From NCBI GenBank assembly GCA_963720405.1, contig CAVRFP010000011.1, forward strand, positions 20,139 through 84,138: a stretch of 64,000 bases of DNA. The letters are read 5' to 3'. Shown here one piece after another: positions 51,558 through 62,000 of this stretch (its first letter is position 1; each line of letters opens with the position of its first letter). Source of the DNA: an uncultured Chitinophagaceae bacterium. GTDB lineage: Bacteria; Bacteroidota; Bacteroidia; Chitinophagales; Chitinophagaceae. The notes below the pieces were generated by a model. It saw nothing but the letters and a program-made list of their open reading frames with translations. It was not told the origin of the DNA and ran no database searches. Position numbers and translations under genes: made by a program.

Positions 51558-54209
51558 TTAATTGAGTGTAATTGCTCCGTTCATCGAATTAAATTGGTGA
51601 TTTTCCTGGTTCTTCATTTCCATTTTTACGCAATTAATGCTCCCCTGCACATCATCACTAAGTACCACTATAAACGAATTCTTTGTGGCATACTGTATTG
51701 CATATTTTATGGCATCTGTCTCATCAGAAATTACGACAGGCTTTTCGCCGGGTTTATGGCTATGTATTCCCTCCATTAGTAAGCGGGTAATTTCTTCATT
51801 GGTTCTTCCGCGTCCATCCTTATCGTGCCGGATAATTATTTCATCAAATATTTCTGCGGCATATTTGCCCATTTGCCGTATATCCTTATCCCTTCTGTCG
51901 CCCGCACAACCTACGATGCCTACTTTAAATGATGAATGCAATTGCTGCATAAATTCCTTTAGCTGTTTAAAGCCATCTGTGTTATGCGCATAATCGATCA
52001 TTACTTCGAAATCTCTCACTTTGAAAATATTCATTCGCCCCGGTGTAAGTTCCGGGCCTGGTATAAAGGTTTCTAAAGCTTTCCGGATTGTTTTGGTGTC
52101 AAATTCGCTTAATGAAGCTGCTAATATTGCGGGTAAAATATTTTTAATCATGCATGTTGCACGCCCCTCTAATGTGAGAGGCACTTCGTTTACTTTTGCT
52201 ACTTTTATTTTCCATTCGCCTTTGCAAATAGTAAAATATCCCTTTTCAATTATTGCCGCCCAGCCTCCGTTTTCACAATGGGAAATGATACGTTTGTTAT
52301 TATCCTCTACACTGAATAAAGCTATGTTACAGTCAAGCTCATCTTTTATATTGTAGACCACATCATCATCCGCATTAAGGATAGCAAAACCATCATTGAA
52401 GGTGCTTCTCGCAACCACCGATTTTACCTTTGCCAAATCTTCAAGAGTGTTTATGTCGTTCAATCCCAGGTGATCTTCTGTGATATTGGTGATGATACTT
52501 ATGTTGCATTTATCAAAGCCAAGGCCCGAGCGAAGAATGCCGCCTCTTGCAGTTTCGAGGACTGCGAAATCTACAATCGGATCTCTTAATACCACTTCTG
52601 CGCTTGAGGGCCCACTGCAGTCACCATAGTATATTGCCTGGTCTTGTATATAAATTCCGTCGGTAGTAGTATAACCCACCGATCGGCCTGCATTTTTTGC
52701 GAAATGTGCAATTAATCTTGTGGTGGTGGTTTTACCGTTGGTTCCGGTTACCGCCACTATGGGAATGCGGCTGGAGGCACCATCAGGATATAACATTTTT
52801 ACTACAGGCTCACCTACATCCCTGGGTGTCCCCTTTGATGGAGAAAGGTGCATGCGAAAGCCCGGGCCGGAATTTACTTCAAGCACAGCACCGTTTTTTT
52901 CTGAAATCGGTTTGGTAATATCTTCTGCAATGATATCAATACCGCAGATATCAAGATTCATCAGCCTGGCAATCCGTTCTGCGAGGAAAGCATTGTACGG
53001 GTGAACTACATCAGTAGTGTCCCTTGCAGTTCCTCCTGTGCTTAGATTGGCAGTATCTTTCAAAAACAAGATTTCACCGAACGGTAAAATCGAATTCAGG
53101 GTTAAATTTTTCTCAATAAGAATTGAATTGGTTTCGGCATCTACCTTTATTTTAGTCAACACTTTTTCGTGCCCTTCACCCCGTTCCGGATTACTGTTTG
53201 TTTGGTCTATCAGGGCACCAATATTTGAATGACTATCGCCTATTACCATGGCGGGAGTTCTCCGTGCAATGGCTTCCAGCTTATAGTTAATTACAAGAAA
53301 GCGAAAATCCATTCCCTTTATAAATCGCTCGACGATTACCTCCTCAGATATATATTGTGCCTTTTCGAACGCTGCCAGGGCACTTTCCTCCGTGGTTATA
53401 TTGGTTGTTATCCCTTTTCCATGATTTCCATTTATGGGCTTTATGGCTAAGGGAAATCCTATCTCCGCTATCGCCTCTTTTAAGCCAGCTTTAGTGGTAG
53501 TGGTTCTTCCTTTCGGAACAGGGATATAACTATCTGCCAATAGTCTTTTGGTATCCTCTTTATCGGACGCAAGCTCTACGCCAATACCACTGGTGCTACA
53601 CGCCATAGTAGCCTGTATCATTTTTTGATTAATGCCCTGTCCCAGCATGATAAGAGAATTATTGTCAAGCCGTCTATAGGGTATACCTTTTTTCCGGGCA
53701 GCATTTAAAATAGATTGGGTACTGGGGCCAATACCTTCATACCGGTTGATTTTTATCAGCTCATTAATATCTTTTTTGATATCATAGGGAATATCAGCCT
53801 CAAGCGCCTGCACTATACGCACAGCGGCTTCAGCTGCATACAGCCCGGCATTTTCAACCTGGTATGAGAATACAACATTATAAACACCTTTTTTACCTGC
53901 AGACCTGGTGCGCCCAAAACCACAAGGCATTCCCGCCAGCGATTGTAATTCGAGGGCAACATGTTCAATAACATGGCCGAGCCAGGTTCCCTTTTTTACC
54001 CGGATGAAGAAGCCGCCCGGCTTATTTTCTGAGCATCGATGGGAATAAAGTGAAGGCATCAATGCTTCCAGGCGCTCCGAAAATCCGTCTATTTTGTTAG
54101 TTGGATATTCTTCAGATTCCTCAAGGTCCAGTTTCATTACGATCAGCTGCTTCCGGTAAGTGGACCAATAATTAGGTCCTCTCATGACTTTTGTATTCAA
54201 AATTTTCAT
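51558..54209 (-). CDS. cphA: Cyanophycin synthetase
   Basis: Start MKILNTKVMRGPNYWS; GHVIEHVALELQ, ATP-grasp GNHGKG, Mur-ligase VTGTNGKTTT, ETARGGILR and DYAHN. Confidence 0.97.
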   Translation of the reverse strand: MKILNTKVMRGPNYWSTYRKQLIVMKLDLEESEEYPTNKIDGFSERLEALMPSLYSHRCSENKPGGFFIRVKKGTWLGHVIEHVALELQSLAGMPCGFGRTRSAGKKGVYNVVFSYQVENAGLYAAEAAVRIVQALEADIPYDIKKDINELIKINRYEGIGPSTQSILNAARKKGIPYRRLDNNSLIMLGQGINQKMIQATMACSTSGIGVELASDKEDTKRLLADSYIPVPKGRTTTTKAGLKEAIAEIGFPLAIKPINGNHGKGITTNITTEESALAAFEKAQYISEEVIVERFIKGMDFRFLVINYKLEAIARRTPAMVIGDSHSNIGALIDQTNSNPERGEGHEKVLTKIKVDAETNSILIEKNLTLNSILPFGEILFLKDTANLSTGGTARDTTDVVHPYNAFLAERIARLMNLDICGIDIIAEDITKPISEKNGAVLEVNSGPGFRMHLSPSKGTPRDVGEPVVKMLYPDGASSRIPIVAVTGTNGKTTTTRLIAHFAKNAGRSVGYTTTDGIYIQDQAIYYGDCSGPSSAEVVLRDPIVDFAVLETARGGILRSGLGFDKCNISIITNITEDHLGLNDINTLEDLAKVKSVVARSTFNDGFAILNADDDVVYNIKDELDCNIALFSVEDNNKRIISHCENGGWAAIIEKGYFTICKGEWKIKVAKVNEVPLTLEGRATCMIKNILPAILAASLSEFDTKTIRKALETFIPGPELTPGRMNIFKVRDFEVMIDYAHNTDGFKQLKEFMQQLHSSFKVGIVGCAGDRRDKDIRQMGKYAAEIFDEIIIRHDKDGRGRTNEEITRLLMEGIHSHKPGEKPVVISDETDAIKYAIQYATKNSFIVVLSDDVQGSINCVKMEMKNQENHQFNSMNGAITLN

Positions 54210-54245
54210 AACGAAAAATAGTAAAATGGTTACCCGAAAACCCAT

Positions 54246-54260
54246 TGAAAAATCATGCCA
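54246..54260 (-). promoter_or_regulatory. Sigma54-like -24/-12 element TGGCATGATTTTTCA
   Basis: 51 bp upstream of the cphA ATG; 12 of the first 13 nt are identical to the element at 47171. Confidence 0.5.
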
Positions 54261-55030
54261 CTGTTGGGGTAAATGAGCGCGTTCTAGTGTGACCGCAAAA
54301 AGCAATAAGCGCTTCCTGCAAAAAAATCCGGCTGGCAAATGCGATCATCAGAAATAGTAATTTACCGCGTTTTAAAATTCCGCTGTAGTACCTCTTTCCC
54401 ATACACTGAAGAATGCTGCATCGCTTGTTGTGGTTTATTTTTGCCAGAAAGTGGAATACAAAAATGACAGAGATTACGTTGCAAATATTGGACATTACAT
54501 TCTACTAAAAATTAGTTTTTTGTACATTTTCTTTCACATTTTGTTTTATGATATTCAATCCTGAAAATGAATTTTTCCGTAAGGAATCTGGCAAGCTAAT
54601 GCTGAGAGACAATTCTTCGCGAAAAAAATTAGCCCGGCTTCTGTTAGCTTTTCGTTGCTAACAATGACAAAAATTATGATGCGCTTGCTAGCGCAAGTCT
54701 CATGACCAACGGCAGAAAATACAACCTGGGATGTTCTCTTTTTATTTAATAGATTAGCATTATGAACCAAAACTTTCCAATTTATTGTTCGCAGTTTTTT
54801 ACGGCTACTATTTATTAGTGGAATTATTTACTTAGTGATGATAACCATAAGGAAAATTAGTAACAACAATATAAAAAGTATAACACTAAATAATTGAGTA
54901 TCGAATGCATTTTTTTTTGATGTAAAGTATATTATAACATAAATTAGCGCTTGTGCGGTCATTCTAACGGACGACATAGGAAACTTCAACCAGCTGACAG
55001 AAATTTGACGATTGATTTAAACAAAATAGT

Positions 55031-55597
55031 ATGAGAAAACTAATTGCAGCAATCAATATGACACTTGACGGATTTTGCGACCATACAGCAGGAATTCCCG
55101 ACGATGAAATACATCAACATTACACTGACCTGTTAAGTAACGCAGACACCATTCTATATGGAAGGATAACATATCAACTTATGGAATATTGGCGAACTCT
55201 GTTAGAAAATCCTTCCGATGAAAAATCAATGAATGATTTTGCTATTGCTATAGACAAAATTCCCAAAATTGTTTTTTCCCACACGCTGAAAAATGTAGAA
55301 TGGAAAAGTGCAAAGTTGGCAAATCGGGATATTGAAGAAGAAGTTTTAGAACTCAAACAACAATCGGGTAAAGACATTTTAGTTGGCAGTCGGAGTTTAA
55401 TTATACAGCTAATGAAACTTAATTTGATTGATGAATACCAACTTTGTATTCACCCTGTTATAGCGGGAACAGGTTTGCCATTATTTGAAAACATAAAAGA
55501 CAGGACTGTTCTTAAACTTATAAAGACAAAAACTTTTAGCGGTGGTGCTGTAACGCTTTACTATGAACCTACAAACGAAAAAACAACGAACCGCTAA
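55031..55597 (+). CDS. Dihydrofolate reductase / RibD C-terminal family protein
   Basis: NMTLDGF, LYGRITY and LIDEYQLCIHPVIAGTGLPLF motifs. Confidence 0.92.
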   Translation: MRKLIAAINMTLDGFCDHTAGIPDDEIHQHYTDLLSNADTILYGRITYQLMEYWRTLLENPSDEKSMNDFAIAIDKIPKIVFSHTLKNVEWKSAKLANRDIEEEVLELKQQSGKDILVGSRSLIIQLMKLNLIDEYQLCIHPVIAGTGLPLFENIKDRTVLKLIKTKTFSGGAVTLYYEPTNEKTTNR

Positions 55598-55678
55598 CAA
55601 TGCATTTATGCAAGCGGCGTGACACAGTTTTCTACTTTGAAAATGTATTCTGAAGCCGCCTTTTAACCGTACGCCACT
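55592..55678 (+). repeat. Decayed attC-like site
   Basis: Stop codon embedded in CGCTAAC; inner arms AAGCGGC / GCCGCCT; right end degenerate. Confidence 0.45.
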
Positions 55679-55705
55679 CGAGTAAAACCCTATTAAATCA
55701 CAATC

Positions 55706-55900
55706 ATGAAATCCTTATTAACTGCTATTTGTGCAATTCTTATTTGCGCGACACTTTGCAGTGCACAGACAACCTCAAAACTAAATGCTGTATCCTTTGA
55801 GCTCGGTTAGACAGGACTTATCTACAACCTGACCTTTGACCACAAAGCTGCAACAAAGAACATTGGCTTTAGGCTTGGTGTTGGTTCAAACCTTGCCAAA
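55706..55900 (+). pseudogene. 5' fragment of an outer-membrane/secreted protein gene with in-frame stop
   Basis: MKSLLTAICAILICATLCSAQTTSKLNAVSFELG*TGLIYNLTFDH...IGFRLGVG; TAG at 55808. Confidence 0.6.
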
Positions 55901-56131
55901 TCCTGCGCCCATTGCGATAGAAGCGGCGGGAAGGGCGCTGGCAAGAGCCGGTTATAACTTTAATGAAATTGTTGCACTCCCCGGGGAATAATATTTCAGT
56001 TAGGAGCGATGCGACTTTTCAATCACGCTATTGGCGCAAACGCCAACTGCACTGGATTGTCTCATGTGCCACGAACCAGTGCGAGAGCCCATGAATAGCC
56101 AACAACATCCTCGCCTACCCGCAAATTCTTT

Positions 56132-56485
56132 TTAGACTTCTTTCTGCCTCCTTGCTGAAAGCACGTGGTTTAGGATCATCATTAGCCAAAACACAAGCAG
56201 GAATTGAATGACCTGCCAGGAGAGGGCAGAAGACAATTCCGGCTTCCAGTCAAAGGACAGGGTAATTTTATCGAAGGGTATATTCAATACCAGCAAGAGA
56301 ATACTAATAAAAATAAACGTAGCGGCTATTATTTTAAATAATTTATCGTGCCATAAAGAATGGGTATAGGCTTCGGATGCAGAAGCCATATTAATTCGCT
56401 GCATTAAATTATCAGTAAAGTCTGCAGACGTTTCTTCCGCAAGGCTATGCTGCAGCAACTCTTTTAAATGTTTATCTTCTTTCAT
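56132..56485 (-). CDS. Putative anti-sigma membrane protein
   Basis: SADFTDNLMQRI motif plus two TM segments; directly downstream of the ECF sigma gene. Confidence 0.75.
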   Translation of the reverse strand: MKEDKHLKELLQHSLAEETSADFTDNLMQRINMASASEAYTHSLWHDKLFKIIAATFIFISILLLVLNIPFDKITLSFDWKPELSSALSWQVIQFLLVFWLMMILNHVLSARRQKEV

Positions 56486-56490
56486 ACCCG

Positions 56491-57063
56491 TTAAATTAAA
56501 TTTTTTACTTCTGATTTCAATAGTTTCTTCAATTCTTCATATAAATGTTTTCTTCCTCTTAAAAGCAACACTTTTATATTCGATTCCGATATGGCTGTTA
56601 TCTCCTGAATTTCTTTCACTGATAATTCGCTGAGATAAAAGAGCGTGAGACAAAGCCTTTCCTGTTTATTTAACGCATCAAGTGCCATTCTTATAAATTT
56701 CTTCTGGTCTTCTGCTTTTAAATACTGCGTCAACGACTCAAATCCAAATGACTCGTCCTGTTTTATTAAGTATGTATCATCAACTGTTACCAGCTTTTTT
56801 AATTTCTTTTTATTCAGGGCGGTGTTTACGACAATGCGATACATCCACGTACTAAAAGAAGATCTTTCCTTAAATGACGACAAGCCTTTAAATGCTTTTA
56901 CAAAAGCATCCTGGGCTATTTCTTCCGCATCTTCCCTGTTGGAGACAATGGCATAAGCAAGGCTGAATACTTTGTTCTTGTACCTGTTTACAAGCACGCT
57001 GTACATTTCTGTATTGCCTGCAAGTACGTGCTGTATTATGTCAATGTCAGTTGCGATATTCAC
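56491..57063 (-). CDS. ECF sigma-70 factor
   Basis: DAEEIAQDAFVKA, SSFSTWMYRI and region 4; GTG start. Confidence 0.93.
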   Translation of the reverse strand: MNIATDIDIIQHVLAGNTEMYSVLVNRYKNKVFSLAYAIVSNREDAEEIAQDAFVKAFKGLSSFKERSSFSTWMYRIVVNTALNKKKLKKLVTVDDTYLIKQDESFGFESLTQYLKAEDQKKFIRMALDALNKQERLCLTLFYLSELSVKEIQEITAISESNIKVLLLRGRKHLYEELKKLLKSEVKNLI

Positions 57064-57072
57064 TTTTGTTTG

Positions 57073-57146
57073 GACAATCGTCAGGTTGTTCCGGTTACAA
57101 AATAATTCTAAATAATTTTTGTAACCATGTTTTCCTTTGCGCTGTC
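57073..57146. promoter_or_regulatory. Back-to-back ECF-type promoters TGTAACC-N16-TGTC
   Basis: Plus strand 57120-57146 and minus strand 57099-57073 carry identical boxes and spacing. Confidence 0.75.
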
Positions 57147-57165
57147 AAAACGGGAAACATACAAA

Positions 57166-57486
57166 ATGAACAATCCATCTTTAAGCTCCTTCTTTTTTAT
57201 CCTGTTGATAATTCTCGTTTTATTGACAGTGTTTGGCATTTGCTATCTCTACATCACTTCAAAAACAAAAGAGCGCCTGGCGCTGATAGAAAAAGGCATG
57301 GATCCAAACCTTGCGAGAAGCGACTTCTGGATACAGGTAGGTATCATAGCGGGAGGCTCAGCATTTGGATTGATGGCCAGTGATGTAATACCAGGCAAAT
57401 TTGGTCCTTTGGTGGCAATATTCTTTGCAGGCGCAGGCCTGGTTTTGTATAATATCATCAGGAAAAATAAAGCCAGAGGTAGATGA
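57166..57486 (+). CDS. DUF6249-family membrane protein
   Basis: KERLALIEKGMDP motif between TM segments; ATG 57166 lies downstream of the promoter. Confidence 0.85.
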   Translation: MNNPSLSSFFFILLIILVLLTVFGICYLYITSKTKERLALIEKGMDPNLARSDFWIQVGIIAGGSAFGLMASDVIPGKFGPLVAIFFAGAGLVLYNIIRKNKARGR

Positions 57487-57676
57487 ACCGTGTAGTAGCA
57501 TGATAGATGCGGCGTAATTTTTAAGAAGTAAGAGAACGGCTGCAGTTTTTAATTCTTCAAAAACTATTTCGGGTTAAAATGATAAGAATAGGTAGTTGCT
57601 TCGTAACAAAGCCGTTGATCTTTTAGTTGTATGATAAAATTACAGGTGGGATGTTAGGGAAGAAGAAGAAAAAAAT

Positions 57677-58100
57677 CTGAACCGCAGATTTAAGGGATTG
57701 ACGGATTGCTGTGATTTCCGGAAAAAAAGGATACTAAAAGCAAACTCATTCCAATCAATATAAGTAAACCAGTTAATCTGGGGTTCATACATATTATTCA
57801 AAAGTATTTAGAAAGACCTATAAGGTTTTCGAAACCTTATAGGTCTGGGAAAACAATATTAACATACGAGGTGAGGTATTTAGTCTATGGTAAATGTAGG
57901 GTAGTGTACCACAAACCAAGGCAGTTGCAAACTCATTCCAATCAGGATAATAAGTAATCAGTTAATCTGGGGTTCAGACTTTGTGCCTTCGTGTGGCCCA
58001 ACCTTTTGCGAAGCAAATAAAAAAACCTTTCATTCCAATCAGGAGAATCGGTAAATCAGTTAATCCGAGGTTCAGACATATTGTTCAAAAGTATTTGAAA
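57677..58100. repeat. Cluster of repeats of the 46.5-kb array family
   Basis: ~57937-58078 holds about 1.5 array units; partial copy at ~57740-57810; inverted arm at ~57677. Confidence 0.85.
57814..57846. repeat. Perfect 15-bp-stem palindrome (REP-like)
   Basis: AGACCTATAAGGTTT-TCG-AAACCTTATAGGTCT between convergent genes. Confidence 0.85.
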
Positions 58101-58102
58101 AA

Positions 58103-58855
58103 TCATTTATTCAAAGAAGCCCATAACATTGGCAGGTAATTCATAATTATCCAGCCGATACCGGAAACAAGAAGAGATACCGTTATTAACCGGGCCGGGA
58201 AAAAAGTAAGCCGGGCCCGTTTAAAGAAATCGAAGCAAAACCAAAAATTGTATAAGGATGAAATGCTGATTTGCCATAAAAATACATTCATTGAAATTAC
58301 ATTCATCCCGAATATCGCTCCCAAAATCAAATCACTTAAAAAAAGCATTAAAAAGTAAGTACCCCCGCCATATAAAGAGATGGTAAGTATTTCAATGAAA
58401 TTGTATTTGTTTCTGCCGAGAATAAAATAGATAACCACGGCTGATAAAAAAATGATCAAAATGATGAATGGCGTAAAATGAGTTCGTAATAAAATATTTG
58501 ACTGCTCCTTAAAATCGAGGGCAGCCATGCTGGCATGGGAGATATAATAATGGTAGTGATAATGATAGATGATATAATTATGCACGATGATATACAAACC
58601 GGTAAGCACTAAAAAATAACTGACCGGTTTTTGATATTGCCTGCGCTTTCCGCTTAAAAAATTGATGGATGCTTTGCCTGGCCGTATCAAAAAATCCCAG
58701 GCGGTGTGTAGAAAACCTTTTTCAAAATGTGAAACAAAATGTACCGTTTCATACAATAAAACAGTGGCGGATAATCTTTGCTTCCTGGCTTCCTGGCCGC
58801 AATTAGGGCAGAAATTCCCTTCAAATAATTCCCCACAGTTTAAGCAGGTTGTCAA
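58103..58855 (-). CDS. DUF3667 domain membrane protein (paralogue)
   Basis: CLNC...GNFCPNCGQ and RPG...GKRRQYQKP motifs; TTG start. Confidence 0.85.
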   Translation of the reverse strand: MTTCLNCGELFEGNFCPNCGQEARKQRLSATVLLYETVHFVSHFEKGFLHTAWDFLIRPGKASINFLSGKRRQYQKPVSYFLVLTGLYIIVHNYIIYHYHYHYYISHASMAALDFKEQSNILLRTHFTPFIILIIFLSAVVIYFILGRNKYNFIEILTISLYGGGTYFLMLFLSDLILGAIFGMNVISMNVFLWQISISSLYNFWFCFDFFKRARLTFFPARLITVSLLVSGIGWIIMNYLPMLWASLNK

Positions 58856-59029
58856 AGCAAAATTATTTTTGTAAAATTAAAGAATCCTGCTTCATTATTT
58901 AAAATCTACATGTTTTATTTGCGTGTTGAAAAGAATTTAAAAAAAAGTTTTACCATTTCTGTTAGTAAATTGAAAAATCTACCTTTTGGCTTTTCACGAT
59001 ATTTGCAGGTATTGTTTTAATATTTTTCT

Positions 59030-62000
59030 ATGAAGTTTTCTCACCTCCATGTACACACCCAATTTTCATTACTCGACGGCGCTGCATCGGTAAAAGCGCT
59101 TTATAATAAAGCTATCAGTGATGGCATGCCTGCGCTCGCCATTTCTGATCATGGAAATATGTTTGGCGTTTTTGAATTTGTAAAGCAGGCGCATGCCTTA
59201 AAAAATGCTGATGGCTCCTTAAAAGTAAAACCGATCGTAGGATGTGAATTTTATATCACCGAAAACCGTTTTCAAAAACAATTTACCAAAGACCAGAAAG
59301 ATCCGCGTCATCACCAGATATTGCTGGCCAAAAATAATACCGGTTATAATAATCTCATCAAGCTCACGTCGCTGGGATATATTGAAGGAATGTATTCCAA
59401 ATATCCGCGCATCGATAAGGAATTGATTCATAAATATCATGAAGGGCTTATAGCCACCACTTGTTGCCTTGGCGCTCTGGTGCCGCAAATGATCTTGCGA
59501 AAAGGAGAAGCGGAAGCAGAAAACGAATTCAAATGGTGGCTCAATATTTTTCAGCAGGATTATTATGTTGAGCTGCAGCGGCATGGAATTCCTGACCAGG
59601 ATAAAGTGAATAAGGTCTTATTAAAATTTGCGAAGAAATATAACGTAAAGGTTATCGCCAGTAACGATTCGCATTACGTGGATGAGAAAGATGCCAATGC
59701 GCACGACATTTTACTTTGCATCAATACCGGCGAAAAGCAGGCCACACCCAAGCTCAGCGAATTTGCAGATGATGATATAACGGTGAAGAACAAACGCTTT
59801 GCGTTTCCAAACAACCAGTTCTACCTGAAGAACACCGCTGAAATGCTGTCTGCTTTCGATGACCTTCCACATGCGCTGGATAATACCAACGAAATAGTAG
59901 ATAAAATTGATGTGCTCGATCTGAAAAGAGATATTCTCATTCCACACTTTCCGGTGCCACCGCAATTTGCCAACCAGGAAGCCTACCTGGAGCATATAAC
60001 CTGGGAAGGAGCCAGGAAAAGATACGAAACCATCACTCCAGAAATTGAAGAAAGGATCAATTTTGAATTGTTTACCATTAAAACAATGGGCTTTGCCGGG
60101 TATTTTTTAATTGTGAGCGATTTCATCACCGCAGGAAAAAAACTGGGCGTGTTTGTAGGGCCGGGGAGAGGCTCTGCTGCTGGTTCTGTAGTGGCTTATT
60201 GCATTAGTATTACCAACATCGATCCCATAAAATATAATTTACTTTTTGAAAGATTTTTAAATCCGGATCGTAAATCCATGCCGGATATTGATACGGATTT
60301 TGATGACGAGGGCCGCCAGAAAGTAATGGATTATGTGGTGGACAAATATGGCAAAAACCAGGTGGCTCAAATTATTACTTATGGCACCATGGCCGCCAAG
60401 ATGAGTATTAAAGACGTTGCCCGTGTAATGGATCTTCCGCTGTCGGAAAGTAATGCGATGGCAAAATTAGTTCCCGACAGGCCGGGCACATCTTTACGAA
60501 GGGTGCTGCAGGCGCCGGTTACAGGCCCGAAATCATTAACGGAAGATGGTGTTGGCGCGGATGACATCAGCAATATTTTAAAGCTTCGCGATATTTATAA
60601 TGGCGACGATATGCGTGCGAAAGTTTTGCACGAAGCAGAAATTTTAGAAGGCTCTGTAAGAAATACCGGTATTCACGCGTCGGCTATTATCATTGCTCCG
60701 CAGGATCTGATGGATCTGATTCCGGTAGCTACCTCTAAAGACTCTGATCTATGGCTTACTCAAATTGATGGAAGCAATATTGAAAGTGCCGGTGTTCTGA
60801 AAATGGACTTTCTCGGATTGAAAACGCTCAGTATTTTAAAGACTGCGCTGCGCCTTATCAAACAAAATCATGGAGTAGAGATCGACCTTGACGGTTTGCC
60901 ATTGGATGATGAGCTCACTTACAAGCTTTATCAGCGTGCAGAAACCAACGGTACATTTCAGTTTGAAAGTGCGCGGAATGCAAAAGCATTTAAGAGATTT
61001 AAAGCCGGATAAGTTTGATGATCTTATTGCGATGAATGCGCTTTTTCGTCCCGGGCCTATGGCTTACATTCCCGATTATATTGAGCGCAAACATGGGCGG
61101 CAGGAAATACATTATGATCTTCCGGAGATGGAAGAATTTTTGAAAGAAACCTACGGTATTACCGTTTACCAGGAACAGGTAATGTTGCTGTCGCAGAAGA
61201 TAGCCGGCTTTAGTAAAGGCGATGCCGATGTACTGCGGAAAGCCATGGGAAAAAAGCAACGGGCGGTGCTGGATAAAATGAAGGCGCAGTTTATTGAAGG
61301 TGCCAAAGAAGAATAATCATCCTGTAGGTAAACTGGAAAAAATCTGGACCGATTGGGAATCATTTGCTCAGTATGCTTTCAACAAATCGCATTCTACCTG
61401 CTATGCTTTTGTTGCTTACCAAACGGCCTACTTAAAAGCGCATTATCCAAGCGAATATATGGCCGCCGTACTAAATCATGCCGGAGCCATTGAAAAGATC
61501 ACTTTCTTCATGGAAGAATGTAAAAGCATGGGCCTAACCGTTTTGGGACCTGATATCAATGAATCTCAAAAAGGCTTTGCCGTAAATAAAAAAGGGGAGA
61601 TCCGCTTTGGATTTAGCGGTATGAAAGGAGTGGGCGATGCCGCTCTCGAAAATATAATTGAAGAGAGAGAAAAGCATGGAATGTTTACTTCCATTTTCGA
61701 TTTGATAAAAAGAGTAAACCAAAGAACGGTAAATAAAAAGTCATTGGAAAGTCTGGCTTATGCCGGCGCGTTCGATTGTTTTAAAAATATGCACCGCGCA
61801 CAATTTTTCTTTACCGCACCGGGAGAAAGCATTAATTCGCTGGAGAAGATCATCAAATTTGGCAACCAATACCAGGCGCAACTGCATGGAAGCACCAATA
61901 CATTATTTGGCGATCTGCAAATGGCAGAAGTTACGCCGCCGGTGATCCCGGATTGTGAACCGTGGCCTCTCATCAAATTACTCGATAATGAAAAAGAAGT

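Noticed and set aside
54210-54338. 43-aa N-terminal extension of CphA
   Set aside because: The typical CphA start is MKIL...RGPNYWS at 54209, and the extension overlaps the putative promoter.
54920-54950. dif/Xer site (AAGTATATTATAACATAAAT)
   Set aside because: Only a partial resemblance in AT-rich DNA; the XerD arm TTATGTTAAAT is not matched.
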